From the NCBI GenBank assembly GCA_964016885.1, contig CAXHJY010001072.1:1-64000 (forward strand): a stretch of DNA of 64,000 nucleotides, written 5' to 3'. The DNA comes from Eledone cirrhosa (lineage: Eukaryota). The notes under the pieces are model-generated. The model did not search any database. It was not told where the DNA came from and was given only the letters and a program-made list of their open reading frames with translations. Made by a program: the position numbers and the translations under genes. Shown one piece after another: positions 45,414 to 58,889 of the stretch; the first letter of the stretch is position 1, and every line of letters starts with the position of its first letter.

Positions 45414-46489
45414 AAATATAGAGAGATAGATATAGATAGAGATAGAGAGAAAGAAACTAGGTAGTTGAGCACCAGTTGAATGACGTATCAATGATACATT
45501 TATTTATTTATTTATTTATTTATTTAGCTCTAGTAGAGAGAGATATATGTGGTTAGGAGAGTAAACAGCCGTTATATAGAGAGAAAAAAGAAAAATAACC
45601 AGACATAAACGAGGCAGATTTAAAACACTATGTTTCATCAGCGCAGAAATATTAGTTCGTATAAAACAGGCATTATAATGTAAATATCAGTATTCATGAA
45701 TGAGACACGTATCTATAATGTGTGAAAAATAATGATCATATGTCTAGTTTAAAAATCCATAGGTCCACACCAGAGCCGAGATAAAATAGAAGGTTATCCC
45801 ATATTCAATACTATAAACATGTGAATTTACGTGATCAACTCTGCAAATTCCTATTTCACACGAAAACATTCTCATTGTGCTATAAAAGTTCTAGTATACA
45901 TATATGTGTACACACATATATATATAGAGTCTATATTAATTTTAACAATACTATTCTTGTCTTTACTCTACATGACCATCGTTCAAGCAGAGATAGAGAA
46001 CAGACACCAATACATTAATAAAATAATAAAAAGAAAAAAAAAATATCAGAAACAAAAAATAAATAAACAGAAAACTAAAAAATATTAAGAATAAAAATAT
46101 TAAAAATGTTAAAAAATATTAAAAAATATTAAAAAATAAAACATAGTATGCCCCGCAAATCCACCACAGAGATCAGCCCTTCAAAGTTAATCGACAATAT
46201 ATTGCCAAGTTCATTATAAGCATCAGAATCAAAAGCAAACAAAACCAAAAATTATTTACCAAATCCTGTCTAGCAGAAAAACATTCCAAAAGTTTAGGAT
46301 ACCCATTTGGTCTACAGATGTTCTTATATTTAATATAGAAGTTTATCTAGTGTAAAATTTATTCGATATATTTGGAGCTTCAGCTTTTAGGGTAGTTAAT
46401 TATTCATGAAGAATGTTTAAAATAAAAAAGAAGAAATCGAAAGATTTATCTGCGAGTTTCATAAATAATTACAAATCAAACTAAATAAA

Positions 46490-48714
46490 CTACATTTTAA
46501 ATTTAAATTTATATTTAAAAGTTGAGTTCAATCTATGTCTGCAACAACTGAATAAATTTGTCCGTAAATTAAGGGAATTTTTAGATTTTAGTATAAAGAA
46601 TATCTCCTCCGCGCAGAGGTCACATGTCTCAGAGGATGAATTAAAAGGAATCCCTCTTGAGACTATATTCCAAGCCGTCGAATATCTAACGTTATCATGT
46701 CTAAGTTGCCAGAGTAACCCTGATAGTGCTGTTGAGGACTTTTTGCTTGGATCTGTGAAAGAATTCTTGTAGTTATTATAGCGAAGTTTAAATTCCGTCG
46801 ATGTGGAACCAACGTAGTTAAAAGAATTAAAGTCCGTTTTAACATTACAGTTGTATATTATATTTTTAACTAAGCAATTGTTATTTAACGGACATTTAGA
46901 TCTATCTCTACAGTTACATTTGTTAACTTGGATATTATTTATGCTATTATCGGTATTTTGGCTAGGTTTTAAGTTCCTATTATTTATTCTATTAATATTT
47001 TGTGCTAAATTTTTGGTGGATGAGTAGGTTAATTTTATAGTATGTCTATTGAAAATTGAGTGATACCTATGTGTTCCAGGGAAGCGATTATCAAGAGCTT
47101 TAAAAAATAGTTTAGCGATGTGGGTTTTAATGTTTAGTGAGAAGGGGGGGGGGCAAACCATATTATATTCCTAGTTCTATTTCTTTTTTGGCTTTTGGAA
47201 TTATTGTGATGCTTTCTATTATAGTTGTTAAAGTTGTGGCCGTAATTAAAATAGTTGTTATTTTGTTTAGTTTGTCTATCATTATCTATGTACATAATTT
47301 TATCACTATATCCTGCTCTAGCTAACGCTTCATTGTAATATTGGGCTTTTTCGTCGAAAATCTTTTTATTAGATGAGATTCTAGAGATACGTTTTTGAAC
47401 AGAGTTTACTATAGTATTTTTAACAGATCTGGGGTGGTTAGAGTTAAAGCTGACATAGTTTAAGTTTTCATTCAACTTGTGAAATGGATAGTGAAGACAT
47501 GTGTTGAGATTTAATGTTACATCTAGGAAATTGACTATTCTATGGTTATTCTCAATTTCTATTTTTAGATTAAAGTAATTAAAAAATTGTGTAATTTGTT
47601 TTCTTTTTCTATTTAGTTCAGAGTTATTATTTTCAATAAGTAAAAGCATGTCATCTCTATATAAACCTCCGGTAGCACCGGGTATTTTTCTATGCAGCGA
47701 ATTGATTAAAAGTAGGCCCACAAGGTCAGTTACCTGAGCTGAGTCGGATGATCCCATAGTAATGTCAAAATTGTTATCTCTATCTGCTCTGGTCCATAGT
47801 TGGTCATTAAATTCTATCAATGTTTTCCTAGCCGATAATATAATGTGCATTTCATTGCTAGTTAGGTCTGTATGTTTGAATGCGTAATTTAGTGCCTTAT
47901 TTAGTAGATTAGGGGTAATAGAAGAATAATAGTTAGCAATATCTAGTTGAATAAACTTATTATTATTGTTATATTTAATTTCTTTAAACCACTCAACAAC
48001 CTCTCCAGTTCCCTTCCACAAGCTCAAGTTAGGCAAACAATTCAAGTTTTTAATTTGCTGTATCACCCTGTCAAGAATGTTTTTGCTTAGTTTACCCAGG
48101 TCCGATTTTGATGGTGCAATCAATCTGACTGGCAAGTCATTTTCAAAATTTCTTTTGTGATCTTTCATATTGATCTTCGGTTTCCTGGGCACGAAAGGTT
48201 GTGTTCTGTTCTCAATTTCCAACTCATGCATTATACAAGATGCCTCAACATTCATTTTCTCAAGCTCGGCCTTATCTGCTACCTTGTACTTTTTCCTCAG
48301 TTCTTTCAGTATGAGGCCATTATACATGTCTTTTTGCACTCCATAGAGGTTGTTGGTCTTGTCAGATTTCACCAAGATCTTCTCAGTTTTCTCTAAGCTC
48401 TCAATATTATCTTTAATGCCTTTCAGATGTTCCTGGCCTTTGAAGTTTCTCTTGAATTTGACTCCTTGTATGATAGAAATTATATCGTTTTCAAAGTCAA
48501 ATAAAAGTTTGTTGGGGGGTGGATTTCTTTTAGATTTGAAAACTTTGTCTAAGTCCGAGACATTTTCATTTATATTAGATTTATCAAAGTGGAATGCTCG
48601 CCACCTGATTCTCCTTATAAAAGAGTCAGATTTATCTATTAATTGTTTAATAAAGTCTTTGTTTCTAGGTAGAGGTATGTCTTTTAAAGAGGAAGTAATC
48701 TTAAAGAATTCCAT
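46490..48714 (-). pseudogene. Naiad-type PLE RT + GIY-YIG endonuclease, split by one frameshift in a 10-nt homopolymer (47144-47153)
   Basis: Motifs include SLKDIPLP, RRIRWRAF, KSDKTNN, KDHK, DIANYYSSI, FDITMGS, GLYRDD, VNFLDVT and WFAPP|FSLNIKT, then CNC...CPL...C, IIYNC...YVGST and CDLC. Confidence 0.9.
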
Positions 48715-48889
48715 TTTTTCAGTTATAATATAAAGCGCTCAACAGTATTGGAGCAAGATACATGGAAAGTTATATTTAAATTGTTGGGTTACGAGTAAAT
48801 ATTTATAACTGATATAAAAGCACTCAACAAGTATTTGGAGTATATTTACGATATTAAATAAATGGAAATTATATTTATAAAACCATATT

Positions 48890-48955
48890 TATTTCATTAT
48901 ATATATTTCAGGGATATCATATTAAAAATATGTTATGCCTTCTTCAGACAAAATA
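48890..48955 (-). ncRNA. Type I hammerhead ribozyme, 5' pLTR of the Naiad-type element
   Basis: Same sequence as 45059-45124; lies ~180 nt upstream of the ATG at 48714. Confidence 0.82.
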
Positions 48956-49203
48956 CAATATAAACAGTCTTATAAATAGATAGATTCGACATACCTTTCA
49001 ACATTGACTTGCATTTGAAAAGTTGATTTGGTAGTAAAAATATTATGGACAGTTGTAAAAAGAAAGAAAGAAAGAAAGAAAGAAAAACGAAGAAAAAAAA
49101 GAAATGCATGCAACTAAATAGAGAGAGATAGAAAGATATATAGAGAAGAAATTCATGTAAAGAAACAGATAGAGATATATAGAGAGAGGAAAAAAAATAG
49201 AGG

Positions 49204-49260
<57 letters not shown>

Positions 49261-49515
49261 AAATATAGAGAGATAGATATAGATAGAGATAGAGAGAAAG
49301 AAACTAGGTAGTTGAGCACCAGTTGAATGACGTATCAATGATACATTTATTTATTTATTTATTTAGCTCTAGTATTAATGTAGAGAGAGAGATATGTGGT
49401 TAGGAGAGTAAACAGCCGTTATATAGAGAGAAAAAAGAAAAATAACCAGACATAAACGAGGCAGATTTAAAACACTATGTTTCATCTGCACTGATGAAAA
49501 CACTATGTTTCATCT

Positions 49516-50237
49516 GCAAACCACAGGTCACAGCTCAGCCAACATTCCTGTTATATATCGTTGTGCAAACCACAGGTCACAGCTGAGCCAACATTCCTGT
49601 TATATATCGTTGTGCAAACCACAGGTCACAGCTGAGCCAACATTCCTGTTATATAACATTGTGCAAACCACAGGTCACAGCTGAGCCAACATTCCTGTTA
49701 TATATCGTTGTGCAAACCACACGTCACACCTGAGCTAACATTCCTGTTACATCTCATTGTGCAAACCACAGGTCACAGCTGAGCCAACATTCCTGTTATA
49801 TATCATTGTGCAAACCACAGGTCACAGCTGAGCCAACATTCCTGTTATATATCATTGTGCAAACCACAGGTCACAGCTGAGCCAACATTCCTGTTATATA
49901 TCGTTGTGCAAACCACAGGTCACACCTGAGCCAACATTCCTGTTATATATCATTGTGCAAACCACAGGTCACAGCTGAGCCAACATTCCTGTTATATATT
50001 ATTGTGCAAACCACAGGTCACAGCTGAGCCAACATTCCTGTTATATATCGTTGTGCAAACCACAGGTCACACCTGAGCTAACATTCCTGTTACATCTCAT
50101 TGTGCAAACCACAGGTCACAGCTGAGCCAACATTCCTGTTATATATCATTGTGCAAACCACAGGTCACAGCTGAGCCAACATTCCTGTTATATATCGTTG
50201 TGCAAACCACAGGTCACAGCTGAGCCAACATTCCTGT
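49516..50237. repeat. 49-bp minisatellite, ~14.7 copies
   Basis: Unit gcaaaccacaggtcacagctgagccaacattcctgttatatatcgttgt. Confidence 0.95.
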
Positions 50238-50445
50238 CCAACGGCTCATTTCTTTACTTCAATTGGAAGGGTGCAATGTGAAGGAGATATGGTTATTATT
50301 TCTAGCAGGGAGAGTAACTGTGTAGCGGCTTCCTTGTTATTTTGAGTCAATATCTACCAAAATGAGGTTTAGTGAATTGAATAAACTTAAGTGTATTGCT
50401 ACTTATATTTATTTTATCGAATATAAAAAGATAACCTGTCAACAT

Positions 50446-50639
50446 CAGACCTGTCAACTTTCCCCGCCCGACGGGGAGATCCCCACCCACTTTGGGGTGG
50501 ATGACACATGTCTTCTCTTATGAAAATGGGTATAGCTTTCTTTATGTAAAATTTCCCCATTTTGCCTCATTTCTCCCAGTTTTGGGGCACCTTTTTTCAT
50601 GGCACTCCCCGTTTGTGTTTTTAGATTTTGGCAGGTCTG
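50446..50639. mobile_element. MITE-like dispersed repeat, same family as 36915-37110
   Basis: cagacctgtcaac...ttggcaggtctg with a collinear interior. Confidence 0.7.
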
Positions 50640-51027
50640 CTTCAGCCAAATCTCGATCACAGATTTTGCGGACTGGAAACCTGTTTTATTTTTCTATAGA
50701 GACCGCATCCACAAAAATCCATTTAAAACAACTTTTTCTAAATCTTATAAATGTTACCTTTATAAATTTGAACAATGTTGTAATTTGTTTCTACGGTATC
50801 CGTTTATTGAATTAAAAATATGGTTTGCCAGTAAATTAAATTTACTTGCATGGCTTAAAGGCATACATGGTTATAGTTAAGACGTTTACTGTGCAAACAC
50901 AAGACTTCTGACTGTGATTACTGAATAGCACGTTCAATATGTGTCCTTTACTAAAGCTTCGGGTTCGACAAACAAAATAAATATTGTGTGTCTCCACAAT
51001 AAATACTCGTAGTCATTAAATTACTCA

Positions 51028-51218
51028 AAGGCGATGGATTGCCAGTATCGGTAGAGGGTCGGACGCCATGCTTTGACGCATAGAGTTACGGCCCTTGCCA
51101 TTCTGAGTTCAAATCCCGCCGGGGTTAACTTTGCCTTTCATCCTTACAGGGTCGAAAAAATAAAGTACCAGTAATGTACTGAGTAATTGCTGGCCTTGTG
51201 CCAATAGTAGAAACAATT
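51028..51218 (+). mobile_element. Full-length tRNA-derived SINE with Nin/Deu-type core (octopus-like)
   Basis: A-box-like head, B-box gagttcaaatccc, core ctttgcctttcatccttacagggtcgaaaaaataaagtaccag and tail gtagaaacaatt. Further fragments lie near 24990, 26110, 27985, 57690 and 60180. Confidence 0.85.
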
Positions 51219-51639
51219 AAATTACTCATTCCACCACCTTATTGTTTCTTTGAATGATAATTTTCCCCATAGCGGTATATTCATTTCCGTCAAAGAATAA
51301 TTAATTAATTTAATAAAGGTGTATTCCTTAATTTATTCAGAGAAACAGAGTATAGCTTTATTCAGAGCTTCTATTCTAAGGAATAGATGGATATTGCGTA
51401 GCGAATATATCTTAATATGGAATATTTCACTGTTGAAGGTGGGTTCATGTTAATAGGGGGGAAACTAAAAATATGCTGATGTGAAAAGGAATTATTTTGG
51501 TAAAGCGTTTATAAACGGGGTCAGGAAGTTAGACACAATTCAGTGGCATAAAGAGGACAAATATGGAGTTGGATGGGTTTCTATAATTTTGGCAAAATCA
51601 GGGGGGAATGGCTGTCATAGTCTAATGTCTGTCTCAAGT

Positions 51640-51910
51640 CAGAAGGCCTGTTAGACTGGTGCTTATCCTGGTTTTGTGGCGAGACACGATTGAGAGGACA
51701 AGAACCCCCCCCCCCCCCCCTGGACAGGACGCCAGTCCATCGCAGGGTTAAATCCTCAGTTATTGCTGGTACTTATTTTCAGCTGAGTATACTGGAGCAA
51801 CGTGAAATGAAATATTTTTCTCAAGAACACAACACGCAACCCAGCCCAGGAATCGAATCCACGACAATATGATCGCAAGTCCAACACCCTTACCACTAGG
51901 GCACGCGCTT
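51640..51910 (-). mobile_element. tRNA-derived SINE with a V-domain-like segment
   Basis: Minus strand has ctagtggtaagg (A box), gattcgattcc (B box) and ccctgcgatggactggcgtcctgtccagggg. Confidence 0.75.
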
Positions 51911-52300
51911 CTATAGAAGCTGTCATAGATGCGGTAAAAATGTTTAATATTTATAAAGTGTGAGCTAGCTTATCAAACAGATGAAACTTATTATTTTACA
52001 AGCTGTCCAGAATATATGTGTTTGAACTAGATACACATTTCAGGGTGTGTTTAGAAGTACTGTGTCCGTGTGCTTGGTATAATACAGTAAGGAAAACACT
52101 TTTTTTACTACAGAATATCTAATTGAATGACCTGTGGTTCTTGGCGTGTTACCCCAAATGTATTGTGCCTTGGTCCCAAGATCCATTTTTCACAACAATC
52201 GGATTCATTTTGTAGTAAGTAAAGTACATTGGCATAAAACAAACCACTGTAAAACTGACGAGAGTTTTGTTGGTCGATTGTTTTCAGTATATTTCTTTAA

Positions 52301-52514
52301 CCCTTTAGCATTTACATTACTCTATATACTATTATATTTTCACGGTTAAGGCTTTACCTTACATAATTTTCTCACACCTCGTATCTGAGATTTTGATATT
52401 ATTCATTTTGAGAACAATACCTTAACATCAGAATGAGCAGCCGGAATCAGTCGGTTTGAACAGAAAGAGGTGAAAGAATTTTGGCCGGTTACAGCCGGTT
52501 TAAATGTTAAAGGG
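52301..52514. mobile_element. piggyBac-type MITE
   Basis: TTAA-ccctttagcattta...taaatgttaaaggg-TTAA. Confidence 0.75.
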
Positions 52515-53084
52515 TTAAAGAAAAGAAACGTTAAATAAGATAGACTGGCGTTTTACCCAAAAGAGAGCGATCTCTTTATCTTGGGAAACAGATCCGTGAG
52601 TCCGTGAAACATATACATATAGACCAGGTCAGAACACAAAGGAACCAAACTCCCACTGTCACTGCCTCCGTCTCTCTGAGTAAATGGGAGCCAAAGCGCT
52701 GACCGCCCCGCGTCCCCGGCGGACAGAATAGAGAAGGTGGTTCCCAGGAGTATGGTGAGGAAGACACGCTGGAAGAGCTATTCTAGCTGGCGTGGCTCAC
52801 ACCCGCGGGTAACCAACTCTGTGCCTATGGTGGTGAGTAGAAAGTTTTCCCTGGGGCCAAGGGCACCAGAAGTCTCCACTTAATACTAGACCACAAAAAC
52901 TGAAGATAAGCACGTGCTCATGGGAACGTAGAGGTCCGTTAAGATCAATAATAAAAACATGGAGCAAGCAGTTATTCTCTGTCTTCATTTTAGATATTTG
53001 GAAAAATATTATCAAATGTTTTCTAATCGCAAAATTGTTTATCTTTTCTTCTTGCAAACCACACACTGTACACACACACACACA

Positions 53085-53157
<73 letters not shown>

Positions 53158-53915
53158 GTGCGCTATACACACACTCTCTCGTCCCTCTCTCTCTTGCGTG
53201 TGCTCTCCCTCTCCTCCTCGTTCCCCCTGTCTCCTCCATCTCTCTCTTAAAATATTTTCTTAACATACCGATAATATCATTCTTGTATTTTCAAAAGTAC
53301 GAAGCAGTTTTTTTCTCTTAAATCCAAACAAAGAAAGAATAAGTTTATAGCCATTGTTAAGTACTCGTAAATGTTTTCTATGTCCATTTTTTAACTTCAA
53401 TTTTATTTTAGAATATTAAAGTTATATAAATACTTTTGTTGGGTTGACTGAATTCATTGGGCTGACTTTGTTATATGGAAGATATAAGCAATAAAACATT
53501 TAGATGAAAAAAATATGCAAATAAGAAAACATTAGAATACATTAGCTAGCAGAAACGAGTTAGGAATAACATTGTTATCGTGAAATTCTTTGTGATACCC
53601 CCCCCCCCCAAAAAAAAAAATGTTAAGTGGCGGGGGGCGGGTTAAGTAAAGAAATATGTTGTTTTTTTTTAAATATATGTTTAATTTATTTGGTACATAC
53701 ATTTAAAAAAGATAGATTTAGATTTCTTTTTGAGAAAATTTAAACAATAAAAAATAGAAATGGGCTTGCAAATCAGAACATACAATGATACGATGTTGTT
53801 TAGGAGCTTTTCATTGTGTGAATAGTAGGAAGTGGTAGCAGTATATATTAATTTATTATATACATAACATATATGTTGTGCATGTATACATTAATTTGTG
53901 TTAATGAATTGTTTT

Positions 53916-54195
53916 CGCTTGGGGAATCAGCTGGATTAGTTGGAGACGGTTGCTTCTGACAGGACCCACTGTAAGGAGTGTTTGAGGATTCTGTCACTTG
54001 GGGAATCAGCTGGATTAGTTGGAGACGGTTGCTTCTGACAGGACCCACTGTAAGGAGTGTTTGAGGACTCTGTCACTTGGGGAATCAGCTGGATTAGTTG
54101 GAGACGGTTGCTTCTGACAGGACCCGCTGTAAGGAGTGTTTGAGGATTCTGCCCCGACGACCTTCTCAGGAATAAGTGGGCGAAGAAGAAGAAGA
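53916..54195 (+). repeat. RTE LINE 3' tip with a ~79-bp segment repeated three times in tandem, ending in (GAA)n
   Basis: cttggggaatcagctggattagttggagacggttgcttctgacaggaccc occurs three times; homologous to 31940-32057. Confidence 0.8.
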
Positions 54196-55019
54196 GATAT
54201 ACAATGATTTCTCTCCGGTGTGTTGACAGATATCTTAAATAGTTAGCTAGCTAAATAGATAGATAGATATGCGAGTGTGTGTGTGGTTTCTGTGAATATG
54301 AGTCTGTGAGTGTATGTCTTTCGATTGTAGAAAGTTCAGCATAGACACAGTTCAATGAAGAAGAAGAATGAAGAAGAAGAATGAAGAAGAAGAACGAAGA
54401 AGAAGAACGAAGAAGAAGAACGAAGAAGAAGAACGAAGAAGAAGAAGAAGAATTGTTTTCGTCTTGTTAACGATATTGTTCACAAGCTTTTTGTGTGAAC
54501 AGCATTAAGCCGTGGCAGTATATATTATTTCATTACATATATAGCATATTTTGTGCATGTAAACATTAATTTGCGGTAATGAATTGTTTTCGTTTTTTAT
54601 TATCACTCATCAACGTTAATGAGTGCATGTAATTTGGAAATTAGGCAGTTATGAACCTCTTGAAAAAATGCCAGACGATGAGAAACAGCAAATATGAAGT
54701 TTTCGTGAGGCCCCTGAGACAGCTTATTTTGCTTCAGTAATGAGTGTTAGAGAAGATGGATAAAATCTGAAAATATTAGATTATGTCAGGAAAGATATTC
54801 TAGATGGGAGTGCTTTTGATAAAAAATGACTCGTGGATACCACACACACACACATACATACATACACACATACACATATATATATATAGTGTCAAAATAA
54901 TATTGTTATGTTTATCACGTGTGAAGCCCGATTCGCGATCAATCAGCTCAAGGTACAATCAGTAACGATCGTGCCTGGCTCTGGAAACGATACCTCATCA
55001 AACTCTTTCTACATATACT

Positions 55020-55760
55020 TATGCATACATATGAAGGTGCAAAAGAGCTCTTGTCCTAGGTAGACATAGACGGTGCCACGATAAGGTGTTCATGCTACTC
55101 GTCAACACTCTGGACAGAGAGGGACACAAGGTATACCAAATACTGAAGAAACCAACACCGTCAATAAAATTTGTGGAAGAGGGAGAGAAGCCATCTACCA
55201 CAGTAAAAACTACATGCGGCTTACTACAAATGACCCAATCATAGGATATGAGGGTTGATCTGGGAGGTAGGTTGCAGTTCCCCCAGGTTGTTCAAACATC
55301 CCTGAGGCCAGATATAGTGCTTTGGTCTGAAAAGATACTGATTGAACTCAGTCCCATGGGGAGTAGAGTGAACAGCGCCTTTTTGGTGAAAGGGTGCCAG
55401 ATATCAAGAACTTGTACAGGAGTTTAGGTTGGCAGTGGGCTGCAGGGGATTCCCGGCTCACCCAGTATGGAGAATGCTCGTTGTCATTGAAATGACAGGG
55501 AAAAAGAAGAAGGCTGCAGTTCGCAGGAAGGGGGAAACAGTAAAAAGAGCCCCCTGGTGGCTTTAGGAGACGGAGAAAGGAAATAAGCTGAAACCGGGAG
55601 GCGAAGATGGGAAGTAAATTGGCCACCTCTGCTGACCCACCAGCAAGAGGGTGTTACGGTCAAGGGTCGACACCGTCTGATGCCATCAACACCTCCAAGT
55701 CAAGGCTATGTTTACCGAAGGTCAATGAATGCGAGGCATCTTCTTGAAGATATAATTATA
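55020..55760 (+). mobile_element. Decayed 3' fragment of a restriction-like-endonuclease non-LTR retrotransposon (HERO-like)
   Basis: Conceptual translation gives CKRALVLGRHRRCHDKV and MRVDLGGRLQFPQVVQTSLRPDIVLWSE..IEL, matching the CCHC/RHD and PD..E motifs. Confidence 0.65.
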
Positions 55761-55862
55761 TATATATATGTTTGCACATACAAATGTGTGTGTATATATA
55801 TATATATAGGTGTGTGTGTATATATATATATATATATATTTATATACACATACACACACACA

Positions 55863-55930
<68 letters not shown>

Positions 55931-56155
55931 ATGGAGGGGGTGTACATCAAAGATGGCATAATACTTGAAATACCAAAAGATTCCCATATGTCATCTTACG
56001 AAATATGTGTAGACAGAAGATACATAAATGAGCGGATAACGCCTTATATGGACATACGACTGTGTATATACGAATCTTGAATTTATCATTAAACACTTCA
56101 AATTTATAATTAAAATTTCCTCACTTTCTCTATCCATCCATCCCCATATATATAT

Positions 56156-56207
<52 letters not shown>

Positions 56208-56218
56208 ACATATATATA

Positions 56219-56378
56219 CAGGTAAAATTCCGTTATAACGAATACCATTATAACGAATTTTTCAGTATAACTAAAAAATGTTTCAATCCCCAGCCACACG
56301 CTCGATGTGTTAGGTCGATCTCGTTATAAAGAATTTTTCATTACAACGAATTATTTTTTATATCCCGTTAATTCCGTA
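56219..56378. mobile_element. Probable pogo/Tigger-like MITE fragment
   Basis: TA-caggtaaaattccgttataacgaa start with repeated (g)ttataacgaa motifs. Confidence 0.45.
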
Positions 56379-56458
56379 TACATATACTGTTATATATTAC
56401 ATTATATATATATATATAGGGGTATATACATATACAGTTATATATTAGTGTATGTATG

Positions 56459-56543
<85 letters not shown>

Positions 56544-56908
56544 TCAAACTCACATAATAAAATCTACGTCTCATTCTATAGTCTTTTTTATATCTGGCAA
56601 TAAAAAAGAACACACATATACACACACACACAATGATGAACAGATGATATCAATAAAATAAAAATAATACAAACATAGATAACAATATAAGGATAGGCAG
56701 CATCATGTTTTTCTCTGATAAATTAACCTGAATAGGGCGGAAGTCTCTGTTTGCCTCACATTTTTGTCCTTACTGTTTCCGGGATGTTCGTCCAACCATT
56801 ATTAGAGGAATCATCAAAGATAACACACGAATTAAGCGCATGTGCCACTGTATCTCTGTGTATTTTGGGTGTATCAGTATTGAAGTGAGCCTGTGCATAT
56901 ATATACAC

Positions 56909-56953
<45 letters not shown>

Positions 56954-57317
56954 AGAACACGCACGCGTGCATGTGAGGTGTGTGTGTGTGTGAGAACACG
57001 CACGCGTGCATGTGAGGTGAGTGTGTGTATCTATCTATCTAAATGAGGCAGTGACAGTGGAAATTTGGTTCTTCTGTGTTGGGACCTGGTGTATATATAT
57101 ATATATATATTTCACGGACACACACTCATGCATGTGACCCTAACTATTTACAAGAGTTATCAACTCACTCAGCTAAATAACAACAAGCAACAGCTACAAC
57201 AGCAACTACAACAACAACAAGTACAACAACAACAACAGCAACTATCGTAAATGTTCATCAGATACGAACAGATAGCAAACAGGAGTAAATGGAAGTGTAA
57301 CTTTGGAAAAATAGCTA

Positions 57318-57415
57318 CAGGGTGTTCCTAAAATGTATATACACTTTGATTACATGTACAGACAATATCTATTAGAATACTGTTGTAGTGTGCATACATA
57401 TTTTGGGACACTCTG

Positions 57416-57476
<61 letters not shown>

Positions 57477-57578
57477 TCTGGGTGTCCCCAAAAATGTATA
57501 TACACTTTGATTACCTGTACAGGCAATATCTATTAGAATGCTGTTGTAGTGTGCATACATATTTTGTGGGACACCCTG
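57318..57578. mobile_element. Two tandem ~100-bp Tc1/mariner-type MITEs (57318-57415 and 57478-57578) separated by (TA)n
   Basis: cagggtgt(t/c)cc...ggacac(t/c)ctg termini with similar interiors. Confidence 0.75.
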
Positions 57579-57825
57579 TATTTTTAGGGGAAAATGTAGG
57601 ATACGGAGCCAAGACCTGTGACTGGAAAGCGAACTTCGTATTTCAGAAACATGACCAATGGTGTTTTATTATGGTTGATATCAGGGCAGTATATTGGCAG
57701 AATCGGTAGAGCGTCGGATACCATGCTTTGCAGCATAGAGTTATGGCCCTTTACGTTCTGCGTTCAAATCTCATCCGAGGTCAACTTTACCCTTCATCCA
57801 TTCGAGGTCGATAAAAAAGTATATA

Positions 57826-57877
<52 letters not shown>

Positions 57878-58048
57878 GATAAATCTACCAAAAATTTACG
57901 GTAGTGTCCAATCCGTATGAAGAACTCAATGTAATCCGGATATCATGAAAAGAGAAGATGCATTCAAAAACTATTTTCGGTGAAAATTAACGGAAAACAG
58001 AGTCAAGATAAATTAATAAAGTAATGAATAAACAAAGAAACAGTTCCT

Positions 58049-58117
<69 letters not shown>

Positions 58118-58120
58118 ATT

Positions 58121-58151
<31 letters not shown>

Positions 58152-58154
58152 ATT

Positions 58155-58199
<45 letters not shown>

Positions 58200-58202
58200 A
58201 TT

Positions 58203-58277
<75 letters not shown>

Positions 58278-58278
58278 T

Positions 58279-58309
<31 letters not shown>

Positions 58310-58444
58310 ATTTATATATATATATGTATATATATATATGTATATATATATATATGTATATATATATATGTATATATATATATGTATATATATATATGTA
58401 TATATATATATGTATATATATATCTATATATGTATGTATATATG

Positions 58445-58493
<49 letters not shown>

Positions 58494-58506
58494 GTATATA
58501 TATATA

Positions 58507-58723
58507 GGAACGATCGACTTTCGTCAAATCGGACCGAGGGAACAATGTTTCCGTTGGTCTTTCCAATTGCTAATACTATCTATCGGTCGCAACTCCAGGT
58601 AGAAGGAGCAACGTGAAATAAAGTGTCTTGCTCAAGGACATAACGCATCGCCTGGTCCAGGAAGCGAACTCACAACCTTACGATTGCGAATCCAATTCTC
58701 TAACCACTCAGCCACACGCCTTC
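58507..58723 (-). mobile_element. tRNA-derived SINE
   Basis: Minus strand has gaaggcgtgtggctgagtggttaga...gagttcgcttcc...gtccttgagcaagacacttta; matches 61253-61448. Confidence 0.8.
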
Positions 58724-58725
58724 AC

Positions 58726-58791
<66 letters not shown>

Positions 58792-58851
58792 CATATATAT
58801 ATATATAGAAAGATAAATAGGTAGATATGGTAGATATATATAAATAGGTAG

Positions 58852-58889
<38 letters not shown>

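Larger units (their letters stand above)
44929..49486 (-). mobile_element. Near full-length Naiad-type Penelope-like element with two ~0.71 kb direct pseudo-LTRs (44929-45639 and 48763-49486)
   Basis: The direct repeats are nearly identical apart from microsatellite lengths; each contains a hammerhead; they enclose the RT-GIY-YIG coding region. Confidence 0.9.

Noticed and set aside
46430-48714. Selenocysteine recoding/SECIS, known in some Naiad elements; an AUGA-containing hairpin lies just after the stop codon
   Set aside because: No in-frame UGA in either ORF, and the hairpin lacks the 3' GA of the SECIS quartet.
49516-50237. Regular repeat array superficially like CRISPR
   Set aside because: Contiguous 49-bp units with no unique spacers, no cas genes, and a eukaryotic context.
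52640-52940. Locally GC-rich patch as a possible promoter
   Set aside because: No linked gene or diagnostic motif.
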